In this document: piece after piece, positions 29,409 through 30,312 of the stretch | How positions within the stretch are numbered: position 1 is the stretch's first letter | Layout of the letters: every line of letters starts with the position of its first letter | Notes under the pieces: generated by a model | Database searches by the model: none | The model's input: only the letters and a program-made list of their open reading frames with translations | What the model was told of the DNA's origin: nothing | Source: Prevotella sp. | Lineage (GTDB): Bacteria > Bacteroidota > Bacteroidia > Bacteroidales > Dysgonomonadaceae | Direction of reading: 5' to 3' | NCBI GenBank assembly: GCA_031285625.1 | Contig: JAITVV010000032.1 | Coordinates: 1-30,312, forward strand | DNA length: 30,312 nucleotides | Program-made: the position numbers and the translations under genes

Positions 29409-29443
29409 ATCTGTAAAGTAACAACAATTTAATATTTATAGAC

Positions 29444-30160
29444 ATGAAATCAATTTTGTACACAATCAGCATTAGTTTATTAGTTTTAATGGTTCAGTCT
29501 TGCTCTTTCAACTCGGTGAGAGGTAATGGAACTATCGTTGAAAATGAAGTCAGTATTTCAGACTACAGTGAAATAGAGTTTAGTGGAGGAAGCGCTCTTA
29601 TCTATGAGCAAAAGCCGGATGCGGCACCATATATTCGTATCGAAACAGACGAAAATATTTTTCCGCTATTAAGTGTAAAAGTCGATGGAAATACACTCTC
29701 GATAAAAAATAAAGAAAACGTGAGTCCTACCAAGTATAATATATACACTAACTCCAAAGCTCTTACCCGCCTTAGCATAAGCGGTTCGATGAAAGCAAAC
29801 CTGGTTGGAAAGCTGGAAACATCGAACCTGCATATATCGGTTTCTGGCAGTGGCAATATTACAGCAGACAGCCTTATATGTAATACTCTATCAACCAATG
29901 TATCAGGATCTGGAGATGTAACAGCAACGGGTAAAGTAACTAATATTGACAGCAGAATATCAGGAAGCGGAAAGGTAATGGCCTCTAACCTCATAGCCGA
30001 TTCCGTTAAATGTTCGGTATCAGGAAGCGGAGACTTCTACGTATATGCGACAGAGTATTTGAATGTAAGTATATCAGGAAGCGGAAGTGTAAAATATAAG
30101 GGAAGTCCTAAAATTGATCAGTCGATATCCGGATCGGGCAAAATTTCAAGAGAAGATTAA
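29444..30160 (+). CDS. Head GIN domain (DUF2807) lipoprotein
   Basis: Lipobox VQSC; VRGNG; DENI; repeated (I/V)SGSG beta-helix units. Confidence 0.88.
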   Translation: MKSILYTISISLLVLMVQSCSFNSVRGNGTIVENEVSISDYSEIEFSGGSALIYEQKPDAAPYIRIETDENIFPLLSVKVDGNTLSIKNKENVSPTKYNIYTNSKALTRLSISGSMKANLVGKLETSNLHISVSGSGNITADSLICNTLSTNVSGSGDVTATGKVTNIDSRISGSGKVMASNLIADSVKCSVSGSGDFYVYATEYLNVSISGSGSVKYKGSPKIDQSISGSGKISRED

Positions 30161-30194
30161 CAAACGAATTATATAAACATAAAGGCTATCATAA

Positions 30195-30312
30195 TGAACT
30201 AGCCCCTAAAAGTTGGACAGATTAAATATTTAATATTTAGAATGAGTTCGGTATTTAACCGGGCTCATTCCATTTAACGACAGTTTGATTCTGTCATTGT
30301 TATAATAATAGA
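30195..30312 (-). mobile_element. Right end of an IS3-family (IS150-like) insertion sequence, extending beyond the window
   Basis: Terminal sequence TGAACTAGCCCCTAAAAGTTGGACAG resembles IS3-family inverted repeats, and a transposase C-terminus is adjacent. Confidence 0.85.
30230..30312 (-). CDS. IS3-family transposase, C-terminal fragment
   Basis: Manual translation ...YYYNNDRIKLSLNGMSPVKYRTHSKY* fits the YNxxRxxxxLxGxSPxxY motif of IS3 OrfB. Confidence 0.85.
   Translation of the reverse strand, partial: YYYNNDRIKLSLNGMSPVKYRTHSKY

Noticed and set aside
29775-30140. Recurring GTATCAGGAAGCGGA-like DNA repeats
   Set aside because: They encode the SGSG beta-helix repeats of the GIN domain; not CRISPR or a non-coding repeat.
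1-30312. tRNA, rRNA or CRISPR arrays
   Set aside because: None recognisable in any intergenic region.

Overview
AT-rich Bacteroidota chromosomal window that looks Dysgonomonas-like (inferred from gene content and TAnnTTTG promoters). Left to right: (1) a truncated minus-strand gene missing from the ORF track, encoding an OmpA-type beta-barrel fused to a PorK/GldK (T9SS) domain; (2) pyruvate:ferredoxin oxidoreductase (PFOR) preceded by an AAA-wHTH ATPase with a Walker B D-Q variant; (3) a putative porin plus a substrate-binding protein; (4) a hisG-hisD-hisC-hisB operon under a His4 leader-peptide attenuator, interleaved with eight non-his genes and followed by a C1q-like surface protein; (5) a TPR/ECF sigma/anti-sigma cluster; (6) a second surface protein sharing the N-terminal module of the C1q-like protein; (7) aconitase, PfpI, a frameshifted pseudogene, citrate synthase and DUF423; (8) a GIN-domain lipoprotein; (9) the end of an IS3-family element. 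The most notable item is the barrel-PorK fusion. All family calls come from motif recognition by eye; no searches were run.
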